A DNA stretch of 64,000 nucleotides from a virus (lineage: Duplodnaviria > Caudoviricetes), in the IMG/VR virus record IMGVR_UViG_3300011559_000001, positions 96,001 to 160,000 of that record; one strand, 5' to 3'. The translations under genes were made by a program, and so were the position numbers. Below, piece after piece: positions 36,610 to 46,400 of this stretch (positions are counted from its first letter, which is position 1; each line of letters starts with the position of its first letter). Under the pieces are notes generated by a model, which made no database searches, was not told where the DNA came from, and was given only the letters and a program-made list of their open reading frames with translations.

Positions 36610-37140
36610 ATGGGCAATCCCCTACCTTCTGATCGACGCTTCGACAAGCCGCCACTGGATTCGCTGGTCGATCTGTTGAACAAGAGCAACAAGACGTATC
36701 TGGTCTACGGCACGATCGCTGCAGATCGGGTTCAACCGGTCGCCTCCGATACCCCTGAGCTGTACAACAGTTCAGTGCGCATCTGTCTGCCGGGGATGGA
36801 GGCCGTAGGTCCGTACTCGCGCATGACCTATGCGCGACTGGACATCGGCGAGTATGTCCCCGTCCCGGACTTCTTCAACTACGTTGAAGGCGACCAGATC
36901 GGTTCGCTGTTTACGCAGTTGCGTGAAAAGCATCGCATCTGGCTGACCGGAGAAGACTGCGCGGTGGTCATTGGTGACCACGACGAGAACAGTCTGCGCA
37001 CCATCACCTTTGTCCCCAAAGACGGCCACCTGGTGTGGACCGGCGTGCTGAAGGTTCAGGCTGGCGCCTTGAATCACATCGGCAAAGAAATTCGCCATAC
37101 GGAAATGCTAGGTTTCACGATCGAGCAATTGACGGCATAA
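36610..37140 (+). CDS. Baseplate/tail paralogue (gp130-135-type family)
   Basis: LVDLLN..N...YARLDI...HLVWTG...IRHTEMLGF pattern; ATG at 36610 preferred to the upstream GTG. Confidence 0.7.
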   Translation: MGNPLPSDRRFDKPPLDSLVDLLNKSNKTYLVYGTIAADRVQPVASDTPELYNSSVRICLPGMEAVGPYSRMTYARLDIGEYVPVPDFFNYVEGDQIGSLFTQLREKHRIWLTGEDCAVVIGDHDENSLRTITFVPKDGHLVWTGVLKVQAGALNHIGKEIRHTEMLGFTIEQLTA

Positions 37141-37176
37141 ACGACTAGGGCTCCACTTCGGAGCCCTAGTTATGTC
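37135..37176. terminator. CATA-hairpin-TATG element
   Basis: GCATAA (Ala-stop) ACG ACTAGGGCTCC ACTTC GGAGCCCTAGT TATGTC. Confidence 0.8.
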
Positions 37177-37253
37177 GCCTATACTGTGACTACCTTGATC
37201 CGCGACCGCGTGTCGGGTCGGATTCTTGTTCATACTCACAGTGGAGTCATTCC

Positions 37254-38129
37254 ATGGCAACTGCGCCACGCATCATCACGCGCACCATCATCGGTTCGCG
37301 TATCCTCGCCGCTCTGCAACAGGGCAAGGCGTTCACCCACGTTCAGTACACCACGCTCAACGAGGGTCTGGGCATCAACGCTGGCGTCATGCCGGTGGAC
37401 GGCGACACCCCGCGTGTGCGCTACTACGCCATCGGTATCAATGGCCACATCAACAAGGTGGGCAGCGACGGCGGCCACTACTCCCAGGCCCGACAGAAGG
37501 GTCCGGAAGAGTTCGGCCTGTACAGCCAGATCCCGTTCGTGCTGCGCTCGCCGACCGAAGACCTGACGCAAGCTGAGCGCGCACCGTACGCCCTGCGTAA
37601 GATCATCGAGATCAACGGCGAGAAGTTCGTCGCCTACTACCTCAAGCGCATCCCGATTTCGGCTGAGCCGGTCAAGATGCTGCAGAACACCGTCGTAGAC
37701 GGCGTCACCACCACGGTGCCCTTCGTCCCGACCAACGCCAACCTGCATCCGAGTCCGAAGGATCCGACTTCCACCAACGTCATCTCCACCAACGGCACTT
37801 ACCTGTCGACCTCGGCGATGATGGCACTGGAGTTCGGCCCGAAGGACGTGGAGGAACTGCTGCAGGTGGCCACGATCATGTTCGGCTCGGAAGAGCGCGC
37901 ACTGATCTCCGAAATCGCACTGGTCGCCGGTAGCGACCGTGTCATCCAGATCACCGACCCCGGCCAAGCTCCGTTCAACATGAACGAAGTGGTGATGGCG
38001 CAGATCGCTACCCATATCACTGGCCTGTGGCCGGTGGCCTTCACGTCGCAGGGCTTCACCTACGACCTGGATCTGGGTGGTACCGAGCCGATGGTGGGCA
38101 TGGACGCAAGTGCCGCCACCAACCCCTAA
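37254..38129 (+). CDS. Virion structural protein (phiKZ gp139-like)
   Basis: TTLNE...YYAIG..GH...LY..IPFVLR...DL...ER..Y.LR...AYYLKR...ISEIALVAG.D motifs; strong codon bias; GGAG RBS. Confidence 0.8.
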   Translation: MATAPRIITRTIIGSRILAALQQGKAFTHVQYTTLNEGLGINAGVMPVDGDTPRVRYYAIGINGHINKVGSDGGHYSQARQKGPEEFGLYSQIPFVLRSPTEDLTQAERAPYALRKIIEINGEKFVAYYLKRIPISAEPVKMLQNTVVDGVTTTVPFVPTNANLHPSPKDPTSTNVISTNGTYLSTSAMMALEFGPKDVEELLQVATIMFGSEERALISEIALVAGSDRVIQITDPGQAPFNMNEVVMAQIATHITGLWPVAFTSQGFTYDLDLGGTEPMVGMDASAATNP

Positions 38130-38149
38130 GCCAACACGGAAATACAACA

Positions 38150-38728
38150 ATGCCACAAGAAGCTGATGATCTGTTTCGAGTGGTAGGCATTGACCCCGGT
38201 ACGGAGAACCTCGGTATCTCCGTACTGGATCTGTCCTTGCGGACGGGCCAAGTAACTGTGGCTTACTCTGAGACCATTATCACCCAGAAGCATCTGGCTG
38301 ATTATCGTGTCGAAGAGAAAGTACACGGGGCACGTACCGCGAGGCTGATGGCGCTGGAAGACCGTTTGTTCACTTTGTTCGAACTGCTCCAGCCACATGC
38401 CATCTGCACAGAGTCGCCTTTTTTGGGACGCTTCCCACAAGCTTTCGCGGCCTTGACTGAATGCGTCAGCTACGTGCGGCGGGCTGTGTGTCGGTATGAC
38501 CGATACATGCCCTTGGAGATGGTTGATCCACCCACTGCTAAAAAGGCGGTGGGGATGACAGTCAAGCGCGGTATCACGAAAGACGACGTCACTGCGGCAG
38601 TGAGAAAGCTGCTTATCCAATACGCGGACGGGCTGAGCCTGGACGAGATGGACGAGCATCGCGTAGACTCCATTGCCGTAGCCTACTACCACACCCTTCA
38701 CTTCAGGAACCAGATTCCTGATCTTTGA
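38150..38728 (+). CDS. ruvC: RuvC-like Holliday junction resolvase
   Basis: VVGIDPGTENLG, ICTESPF, P..AKKAVG, KDDV, DEHRVDSIAVAY: all RuvC catalytic motifs. Confidence 0.9.
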   Translation: MPQEADDLFRVVGIDPGTENLGISVLDLSLRTGQVTVAYSETIITQKHLADYRVEEKVHGARTARLMALEDRLFTLFELLQPHAICTESPFLGRFPQAFAALTECVSYVRRAVCRYDRYMPLEMVDPPTAKKAVGMTVKRGITKDDVTAAVRKLLIQYADGLSLDEMDEHRVDSIAVAYYHTLHFRNQIPDL

Positions 38729-38745
38729 GCCAATGCGAGGTCGCC

Positions 38746-39237
38746 ATGAAACTGGATGATGTATTCGGTACTGCTGGCGACCATCAGCTCTCCACATTCG
38801 ACTGGGGTGCCAGTGCCGTGTTGCTGTACAACACGCTGGTGCCTGCCGAGAATGCCATCGACGTGAGCCACACAGGCCAGATGGCCTTTGATAAGCTGCG
38901 TCGTCTGCCGAGCCACACCTTGGTCGCTGTCTTGCAGCGCCAAGTGCTTGTCGAAGGTGGTTCTGTCCAGTTCCTGGGCACGCCGCGCGAACAAGCCGCC
39001 GGGGTTCCCCCGACGGTGCCTCAAGGTCAGCGCAGGATGAGTCCCATTGCAATCATGCTGATGGTCATCATGTCAGTGATTGCGTTGGGTCTGACCTTCT
39101 CCATGAACAACGGAAAGCAGGTGGATCCGGAAGCTTTCAAGTCCGTGATCACTGCGATGGTGGACATTCTCAAGGAAGAGAACAAGAAGGACGCTCCTGC
39201 GTCTCCGGCCGAGCAACAGCAGCTGGTGGTTCCCTGA
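38746..39237 (+). CDS. Single-pass membrane protein
   Basis: GAGG RBS; hydrophobic IAIMLMVIMSVIALGLTF segment. Confidence 0.7.
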   Translation: MKLDDVFGTAGDHQLSTFDWGASAVLLYNTLVPAENAIDVSHTGQMAFDKLRRLPSHTLVAVLQRQVLVEGGSVQFLGTPREQAAGVPPTVPQGQRRMSPIAIMLMVIMSVIALGLTFSMNNGKQVDPEAFKSVITAMVDILKEENKKDAPASPAEQQQLVVP

Positions 39238-39240
39238 CCA

Positions 39241-39277
39241 ACATAACGCCCCCTCCCGAAAGGGAGGGGGCTTATGC
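39241..39277. terminator. CATA-hairpin-TATG element between convergent genes
   Basis: ACATAAC GCCCCCTCCC GAAA GGGAGGGGGC TTATGC. Confidence 0.85.
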
Positions 39278-39280
39278 TGT

Positions 39281-39892
39281 TTACAGTGCTTGTAGCTGGA
39301 AGTGCACCGGGGTCTTCTTGATGGCCTTGGCCACCTGCGACAGGATCGCAGTGGGTTCACGGTAGGTACCGTATTCCTTCATGTAGTCCGTTTCCAGACG
39401 GCGCTTCTTTTCCATGCGCTTCTTGCTCTGGCTCCATCCGAAGATGCCCCACGCACGCACGGCCAGGAACATCACCGTACGTTCAAACAGGTTCACCCCG
39501 GCCACCTTCATCGCATCGCGGAAGATGTGATCGGCCTTTTTACGACTGACGGTGACGGGCACCTCGTTGTGGAACATGGTCTTACCTTCGCACAGGATGT
39601 CGTGCAGGACAGCAGCCTGGCCGTAACGGCCCCACGGCGGCAGGATGAACCACAACGGCTTGGGCACGCTGGCACCATCGGTGAGGAAGCCTGCCGGGAT
39701 ATACGCCCAGACATCACGGTTCTCAACATCCAGGTAATAGCGGAAGGACTTGGTGACCTTGTAATAGGCCTTGCCCAACAACTCCGTTGCGGCTTGGTCT
39801 TTCACCACTTCCAACTCTGCGTCGAAATTGGTGAATGCCTCAGCGGCCTGCAGCAACGTGGCCGTGGGGACATAAGGTGTTTCGATGTTCAT
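39281..39892 (-). CDS. DUF1353 family protein
   Basis: IPAGFLTDGASVP..LW...PP.G.Y..AAVLHD.L...RKKAD.IF..AM...AVR..G; GGAG RBS before ATG 39892. Confidence 0.88.
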   Translation of the reverse strand: MNIETPYVPTATLLQAAEAFTNFDAELEVVKDQAATELLGKAYYKVTKSFRYYLDVENRDVWAYIPAGFLTDGASVPKPLWFILPPWGRYGQAAVLHDILCEGKTMFHNEVPVTVSRKKADHIFRDAMKVAGVNLFERTVMFLAVRAWGIFGWSQSKKRMEKKRRLETDYMKEYGTYREPTAILSQVAKAIKKTPVHFQLQAL

Positions 39893-39904
39893 TGAATGCT
39901 CCAC

Positions 39905-39938
39905 GGAATAAGAAACCGGGGAGGTTACCCTCCCCGGT
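39905..39938 (-). terminator. Rho-independent terminator after the Hint-domain gene
   Basis: ACCGGGGAGG / CCTCCCCGGT stem (39915-39938), followed on the minus strand by TTCTTATT. Confidence 0.7.
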
Positions 39939-39945
39939 GTTTGCC

Positions 39946-41283
39946 TTACTGGATTTCCTTCACCACCGTTGCGTTGTGAGTGGCGATACGACGATCGCCC
40001 TGCTCACCTGCAAAGTAGCTCTGGTCATCAACGTTGAACAGGACCACATCACGCACACCGACGAACTCGATATGCACAACCGGTTCCCAACGCAGCTGAC
40101 CACGGTCGTTGACGAAGACCTCTTCGTTGAGCATCTCCGGACCGAACATCTTGTTCGTACCATCGCGCATCGTCATCGGGGTGGACTCCGAAGCAATGAT
40201 CGAGATACCCGAACGGGTGGTCAGGCGGTAGCACGGCTGCGGCATCACTGCGTTGGCACGGACTTGACGCGGGACCATCGTGTCCGGCTCGTAAGCCGAA
40301 CCGTCAATCCAGTCGCCAATAGCAATGTCCGAAGCCAACCGCTCTTCGTCCATCCACATGGTCGTTGCCACGCAGCCTCCGCCACCACCACCGCCTCCGC
40401 CCCCTCCGCCACCACCACCGCCTCCGCCACCACCTTCGGGGGTGACGATGTCAATGTCGTTGAACTCGTTGACGAAGTTGAACAGGAAGCGGAAGTTGTT
40501 GACGACGTTACCGTTGCGCTTGAGCAAGACGCGGAACCAACCGCGGTTGTAGATGCGCAGCACCGCATTGGGGTCGCGGAAGTTCGAGTTATTGGACAGC
40601 GTGGTCATGTCCAGATTGAGCAACAACACGCGGTCTTGATTCAACGGCATGTCGTCGCCGTTGCCAGAGGTGACCATGGTGGTGTTGTTGAACGCACCCG
40701 GCGGACCCGGCTGCCATTCCCATTGGCCAGGACTGTTCCCGTTGCGCGGAATCCACCAACGACCCGACTCGAAACTTTCCAGCCCGTAAGAGATGGTGTA
40801 GTTGTCGCCGAAGTTGTCACGCGGGTTCTGTGCCCAGTTACCATTACCCAAGACGCGACCGTCCGGATACAGGTACCCGATCTGACCACCACCGGAACGC
40901 ACCACCAATGCTCGGTAGTTGCGGGTCATGTGCCACAGTTCCCACGAACCGTTGCGCCGGAAGGTCAGGCGCAACTGATTGGTGTTGTGGGCCACGTGCC
41001 AAATGACCGACGGGCAGCTGGACATGACGTTGTCGTAACTGCCGATGTCGCCCATCGCATTGGTGTAACCTACCGTGCCTTTACCGGCCCAGTAGTTGGT
41101 GACGTCCGGGCCGGTGATGTCGTAGTAACCCACGTCGGCAATCTTGCTACCTGCCGAGAGCGGAGCGTAGCGCATCAGCGAACCGTCAGGGCGGTAGTAA
41201 CCGAAGAGCTGGGGACCGTTTTCGTCCGGTTCGAACAGGTCGTCAAAATCCCAACCTGCACCATTGTAGTAAGCGACAGCCAT
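39946..41283 (-). CDS. Putative fibre-tip protein with a Gly20 linker and C-terminal Hint (intein/hedgehog-like) domain
   Basis: GGAGG RBS just after the fibre stop; N-terminal DFDDLF...RYA....GSK.ADVGY...WA.KGT domain; 20 Gly codons (40375-40434); CVATT...IGD.I...CYRL.T.SG...V..IE.VG...V....V....YFAG...THN Hint pattern. Confidence 0.85.
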   Translation of the reverse strand: MAVAYYNGAGWDFDDLFEPDENGPQLFGYYRPDGSLMRYAPLSAGSKIADVGYYDITGPDVTNYWAGKGTVGYTNAMGDIGSYDNVMSSCPSVIWHVAHNTNQLRLTFRRNGSWELWHMTRNYRALVVRSGGGQIGYLYPDGRVLGNGNWAQNPRDNFGDNYTISYGLESFESGRWWIPRNGNSPGQWEWQPGPPGAFNNTTMVTSGNGDDMPLNQDRVLLLNLDMTTLSNNSNFRDPNAVLRIYNRGWFRVLLKRNGNVVNNFRFLFNFVNEFNDIDIVTPEGGGGGGGGGGGGGGGGGGGGCVATTMWMDEERLASDIAIGDWIDGSAYEPDTMVPRQVRANAVMPQPCYRLTTRSGISIIASESTPMTMRDGTNKMFGPEMLNEEVFVNDRGQLRWEPVVHIEFVGVRDVVLFNVDDQSYFAGEQGDRRIATHNATVVKEIQ

Positions 41284-41294
41284 CTTGGGCCTCC

Positions 41295-43370
41295 TTACTT
41301 ACTTTCCAGCGCGGCCAGGCGGGTCAACAGCGAATCGATCAGGATCTGCTGCTGTGCCACCTTTTCGTGCAGGCGATCGGTTTCCACACCCACGGCGTAG
41401 GCCATTTCCATTGCCAGACCGGTGTTGTTCACCGCCAGACGCTTGGACTTGCGCTTCACGCCGTGATCGTACTCGATGACCAGATCCGGGGCCACCTTCT
41501 GCAGGTCCTGTGCAATCGGGCCAACCTGGTGTTCACCGGTCTCCCGCATGTTCCACTGCTTGAAGTCAAACCCGCGCCACAGAGGACGTGCCTCGATCAG
41601 GCTGATGTTCTTCTTCAGGCGCTTGTCGGAGGGCTGGAAACCCTGACCGGCAATTGCACGGCCGTTGTGAACCACGAAGTTGCCGCCGGCTTGGAACTGG
41701 AAGAACCGCGAACCGGCCACGCGCAGCGAGATCGAACCATCGCCATCCTGATACAGGTAACCGGAGTTACCGATCACCAGCGTATTCAGGGTTGCGTTGG
41801 AGCCAGTGATCACACGATCGTTGATCTGTGCCTGCAGCGGGTTGTAGGCGATGGCGACGATGGCCTGACGCGTACGCAGCGGTGACATGAACAGGGTGTT
41901 GGAACCACCCGACTCGGCATTGGCCTGATCGGACATGCCGTAATTGGGTACGTTACCCAAACCGACCTGCGCAGCCGTGGTGTTGTGCGGGTTATCGCTA
42001 CGGTTGATGTGCGCATTGAGCGAATTGGTCAGCGGGGTCACCGCTTGCGAGGTGATCGCTTCCTTGGTCCGCAGCGGGGTCATGTACGTGGCATTGTCCG
42101 TACCGGTCTGCGCTTGGGCAGTGGTGGCAATACCGTAGTTCTGCACGTTCCCCAGACCCACCTGTGCTGCCGTGGTGTTGTGGGGATTGTTGGTGTTGTT
42201 GATGTGCGCGGTGAGCTGGTCGCCGGCCACCGACTGGATCAACGCACGTGCACCGGCAGGGGTCACGAACAGGTTCGTGGCCGTACCGGCAATGGCTTGG
42301 GCATTGGTAGCCGTAGCGTAGTTGTCGACATTGCTCAGACCGACTTGCGCCTTGGTCGTGTTGTGCGGATTATCCACACGTGCAATGTGCGAGTTCAACG
42401 GGGCCAGTGCCAGTGCCGTGATGGCCGCACCGGTGAGGGTGGCGGTCATGTACGCTTCACCCACACCCGCCTGGGCCTGTGCCGTGGAGGCCAGACCATA
42501 GTTGACCACCGAGCCCAAGCCGACTTGCGCCTTGGTCACGCCGTGCGGGTTGTCCGTACGAGCGATATGTGCATTGAGGGAGTTGCCCACCTGAGAGGTG
42601 ATGGCTTCCTTGGTGCGCAGGGGCGTCATGTACAGCACGTTGGAGGTGCCGGTGGTGGCGTCGGCCGTGGCAGCAATGCCATAGTTCAGAACGCTACCCA
42701 GGCCGACCTGTGCCTTGGTGGTGTTGTGCGGGTTGTTGGTGTTGTTGATGTGGTCATTGACCAGCGAGTCCATCGAGGTGATCAGGGCACGCAGTTCGTT
42801 GTCCTTCAGGTCGATGTACTGACGAAGTTCATCAAACGCGGCCTGGTCGCCCAGCAGGATCGCACGGCGGATCTGTTCGAGCACCGCCACCAAGTACTCA
42901 AACCCGTACACATCACCGATGTCATGCAAGTGAGCGGTGGGCGGGAAGTACTCGGGGGCACCGATGATGTCGCCCCAGTTGACGGTACGGTTGTCCAGAT
43001 CCAGACCATCGAGCATCTGCGCGATGGCCGTGACCGAAGCGGAGTATTCACCGCCCACTGCCTGGTAGTCGATCTCGATCTCGGTGGCGCGACACGCCGG
43101 CAGGATCAGAACGACCGAGCAGATTTCCTGACCTGCACGAAGCGAGGCTTCGATGAACAGGTGGACCGGACGGTAGTCGACGTCCGGGGCCAGAACGGCC
43201 CCGGTCGAACGGTTGCGCACGATCATTCCACGAGTGTAGAACGGACCGCGAGTGGTGACGAAAGCTCGGTTCCCGGTAGCCGCCACGGTGTGACGCTCGG
43301 TCACCACCTTATTGGTGGCGGCCACACCGGAGAGGTCGAGCGGGAGTTGAATTACGGGAGGGGTACTCAT
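41295..43370 (-). CDS. Tail fibre (phiKZ gp145/146-like N-terminus) with five NPH repeats and an S74 autochaperone
   Basis: LPLDLSG...NKV..E.H...GPFY...YQAVGG...PP..HLH N-terminus; five NPH.TT.AQVGL repeats; SDKRLK and GPIAQDL. Confidence 0.85.
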   Translation of the reverse strand: MSTPPVIQLPLDLSGVAATNKVVTERHTVAATGNRAFVTTRGPFYTRGMIVRNRSTGAVLAPDVDYRPVHLFIEASLRAGQEICSVVLILPACRATEIEIDYQAVGGEYSASVTAIAQMLDGLDLDNRTVNWGDIIGAPEYFPPTAHLHDIGDVYGFEYLVAVLEQIRRAILLGDQAAFDELRQYIDLKDNELRALITSMDSLVNDHINNTNNPHNTTKAQVGLGSVLNYGIAATADATTGTSNVLYMTPLRTKEAITSQVGNSLNAHIARTDNPHGVTKAQVGLGSVVNYGLASTAQAQAGVGEAYMTATLTGAAITALALAPLNSHIARVDNPHNTTKAQVGLSNVDNYATATNAQAIAGTATNLFVTPAGARALIQSVAGDQLTAHINNTNNPHNTTAAQVGLGNVQNYGIATTAQAQTGTDNATYMTPLRTKEAITSQAVTPLTNSLNAHINRSDNPHNTTAAQVGLGNVPNYGMSDQANAESGGSNTLFMSPLRTRQAIVAIAYNPLQAQINDRVITGSNATLNTLVIGNSGYLYQDGDGSISLRVAGSRFFQFQAGGNFVVHNGRAIAGQGFQPSDKRLKKNISLIEARPLWRGFDFKQWNMRETGEHQVGPIAQDLQKVAPDLVIEYDHGVKRKSKRLAVNNTGLAMEMAYAVGVETDRLHEKVAQQQILIDSLLTRLAALESK

Positions 43371-43401
43371 AACCCGCTTGCTCCTAGTTGCTTGATTGGG
43401 A

Positions 43402-46400
43402 TCAGGTCGTCACGAACGTCGGGTTCTCACGGCTGTAGGCCTCGATCAGGATCGGGCGCAGACGGCCGTTGCGCTGGCTCTGGTAGAGAACACCATTCCA
43501 GTCGCTGAAATACAGACGGTTGGGACGAACCAGCGGGTTGTTGAGACCCAGGTAGGACATCTCCCAGGCCGTGCCGTTGTAACGGTACAGGCGCTGCTTG
43601 TCATTGTCAGCGGCCACGCCGGTACGGACGTAGTCACGGTACTTGCGCGGACGGTTGAGGACCTTGTAGGTCACCTTGGGCTGACGCACGCTGATCACAC
43701 CCACCGAGGAGGGACGATCGACGAAGTCGGACAGCGCCGGGTAGTCGGCCAGGTTGATCACCACACGCGAAGCCACCGGGTAGGTGGTCTGACCGAAGTC
43801 GGAGGTGTCGATGGTGATGGTGTTACCGGCACGCACGACCTTGATCCGCACCTTGCCCGAGGTAGCCCAGCCGTGACCGGCCGGAACGAACGTGGCCGGA
43901 TCGCGGGTGTCGTTGGTGGCGTTGTTGTCCATCCACTTCAGACCGCCATTCTTCGAGCCCAGATCCAGACCATCGGCCTGACCGATATTGGCAGCCACCG
44001 AGAGCAGCTTGTAGGCGAAGCTGGAGGGCACGCCCTGCACCTGCGTCAGGCCACCGGGGGTACGAACCACGGTGATAGCCACCGGACGGTTGGCCACGGT
44101 GACTTCCGCTGCGATCACGCCGGCGCCGTTGGCCTTGGCATCAGTGGAGCTCAGTTCCACCTCAAAGGTGTAGTTGAGCATGGCGTCGGAGGAGCTGAGC
44201 ATGGCGTTACCGTCCACCGTGTCGGTGTCCAGCAAGATGCCACCTTCAGTTGCGTTCCAGCCCCACTTGTCCAGCACATCCAGGTCGTTGTAGAGCCAGT
44301 TGGTGCCCTGCGCCGAGTACGGAGTGAAGCTGGCGTAGTCCTCACGCAGCGACGATTCGATGGCCTGAGCCAACAGTTCATCGTCGGCGTTGTCCACCAC
44401 CGAGACCCACTCCACCAGACCGCCCGAGATCTGGGCAACGTTCTGGGTGCGCGGCAGTTCACCAAACGGCAGGTCGCCGAAGTACGTGCGCTGACGGGTG
44501 TAGGGCGGCAGGTTGACCGGGATGTAGACGATGTTGGACGGCTCAGCGTTTTCGATCGTGTTGGTACTGGTGAAGAACTTGGCACCCTGGGAGAGCGCCG
44601 CCACCGTGATCGGATGACGGGTACCCGGACCACGGGCCCAGACCTTCAGCAGCGTACCACCGGTCTGTGCCGTGGTGGTGTAACCGTAGGACACCACGCG
44701 GCTGTAGTTCTCCACCAGTGCAGTGACCGTGGAGAAGGACAGGTTGCGCGGGGCGATGCGCAGCTGGAACGAAGGCGAGGCGCCGTCGAAGGAAGATTCG
44801 CCACCGGTGATGTTGGCCACCACGTCCGGAATCGGATTGGTTGCGATGTCATTGGGGATGACCATCTGGCCCAGCAGCGTCCACGTATCGGCCGCACCCT
44901 GCGGGGCGCCCGGATACAGCTCCACGCTCTTGGCGTTGCCGATCACTTCCTCGTAGGTCTTACCGTCGAGCTTGCTGGAGTCAGCGGCCTTGGCCGTGGT
45001 GCCCAGTTTGGCAGCCAGTGCGGTATCCACCTGAGCGGTGGTGTACGCGCCGACCTGCGCAGCGGTGGTCTGGTGAGGGTTGTTGGTCGCATTGGCGTGG
45101 GCAGTGAACGAATCACCCACCAGCGCCATGATCGCAGCACGCGTACCGGCCGGGGTCACGTAGAGGTTGGTCGCCGTGCCCGTGGTGGTCTGCGCGTTGG
45201 TCGCCGTGGCGTAGTTGTTCACTGCCGCCAGACCCACCTGGTCCTTGGTCACTTCGTGCGGGTTGGACAGATCTGCCTTATGCGCATTCAGTGCCGCCGT
45301 GGCATCACCGCCACCGCCACCGCCGAGCGAATCGAACAGGGCCTTGGTGCCAGCCGGGGTCATGAACAGGTTGGTGGCCGTACCGGCCATCGCCTGCGCA
45401 TTGGATGCGGTCTGGAAGTTGTCCACGTTGCCCAGACCCACCTGTGCCTTGGTGGTACCGTGCGGGTTGGAGCTGTTGTTCAAGTGCGCGTTGAGCGGGG
45501 TCATTGCCACCAAGTCGATGGCCTGACGGGTACGCAACGGCGTCATGTAACGGTTCGACGCAGCGCCACCTTCGGCTTCAGCCTGCGAGGCCAGACCGTA
45601 GTTCTGCACATTACCCAGGCCGACTTGGGCGGCCGTGGTCTGGTGCGGATTGGACATGTTGTCGATGTGCTCGGTCACGCCCTGCAGTGCGATCGCGGTG
45701 ATCGCCTCACGGGTCATGGCCGGAGTCATGTACAGCTCGTTGCTGGTACCTGCACGAGCGGCCACGACATCAGCAATGCCGTAGTTCAGCACCGAACCCA
45801 ACCCGACTTGCGCCTTGTTGGTGTTGTGCGGATTGTCGGTGCGCGCGATGTGCGCATCCAGACGGTTGCCCACCAGCGCAGTGATCGCCTGTGCAGTGCG
45901 CACCGGAGTCATGTAGCGGTTGGTGGCAGTGCCCGTCTCCGCTTCCGCCTGCGAGGCGATCGGGTAATTCTGGACCGAGCCCAGGCCGACTTGGGCGGCC
46001 GTGGTGTTATGCGGGTTGTTGCTGTTGCCCAAGTGGGCATCGAGCGTGTTGCCGATCAGAGCCTGCACCAACTGCGCACCACGCAGTACCGTCAGGTACT
46101 TGGTGGCCGAGGTACCGGCTTGGGCTTCGGCCACGGTGGCCACGCCGTAGTTCAACACGCTACCCAGACCCACCTGCGCGGCGGTCGTGTTGTGCGGGTT
46201 GTTCTTGTCGGCAATGTGAGCCAGCAGGCCACCTTCGCCCGAGGCGATCAGTGCATCGCGGATACCCTCGAGCACCTCGACCACTTCGGACATACCCACC
46301 ATGTCATCCAGGTGCCAGTCGTGATCGATCGGCGGGAAGGCATAGGGCAGTTGCGCCACCTGTTCCCAGGTGACACGGCGCGGGTTGATCAGCTTGTTGG

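Noticed and set aside
39973-40374. Canonical mobile intein
   Set aside because: No homing endonuclease, the +1 residue is Ala, the C-extein is only 8 aa, and the host is not a conserved enzyme; better treated as a BIL/Hint processing domain.
40325-40552. Poly-proline ORF on the plus strand
   Set aside because: It is the reverse complement of the Gly20 linker.
41850-46220. CRISPR-like regularly spaced repeats
   Set aside because: The repeats are in-frame protein repeats with synonymous variation; no cas genes or fixed DNA repeat.
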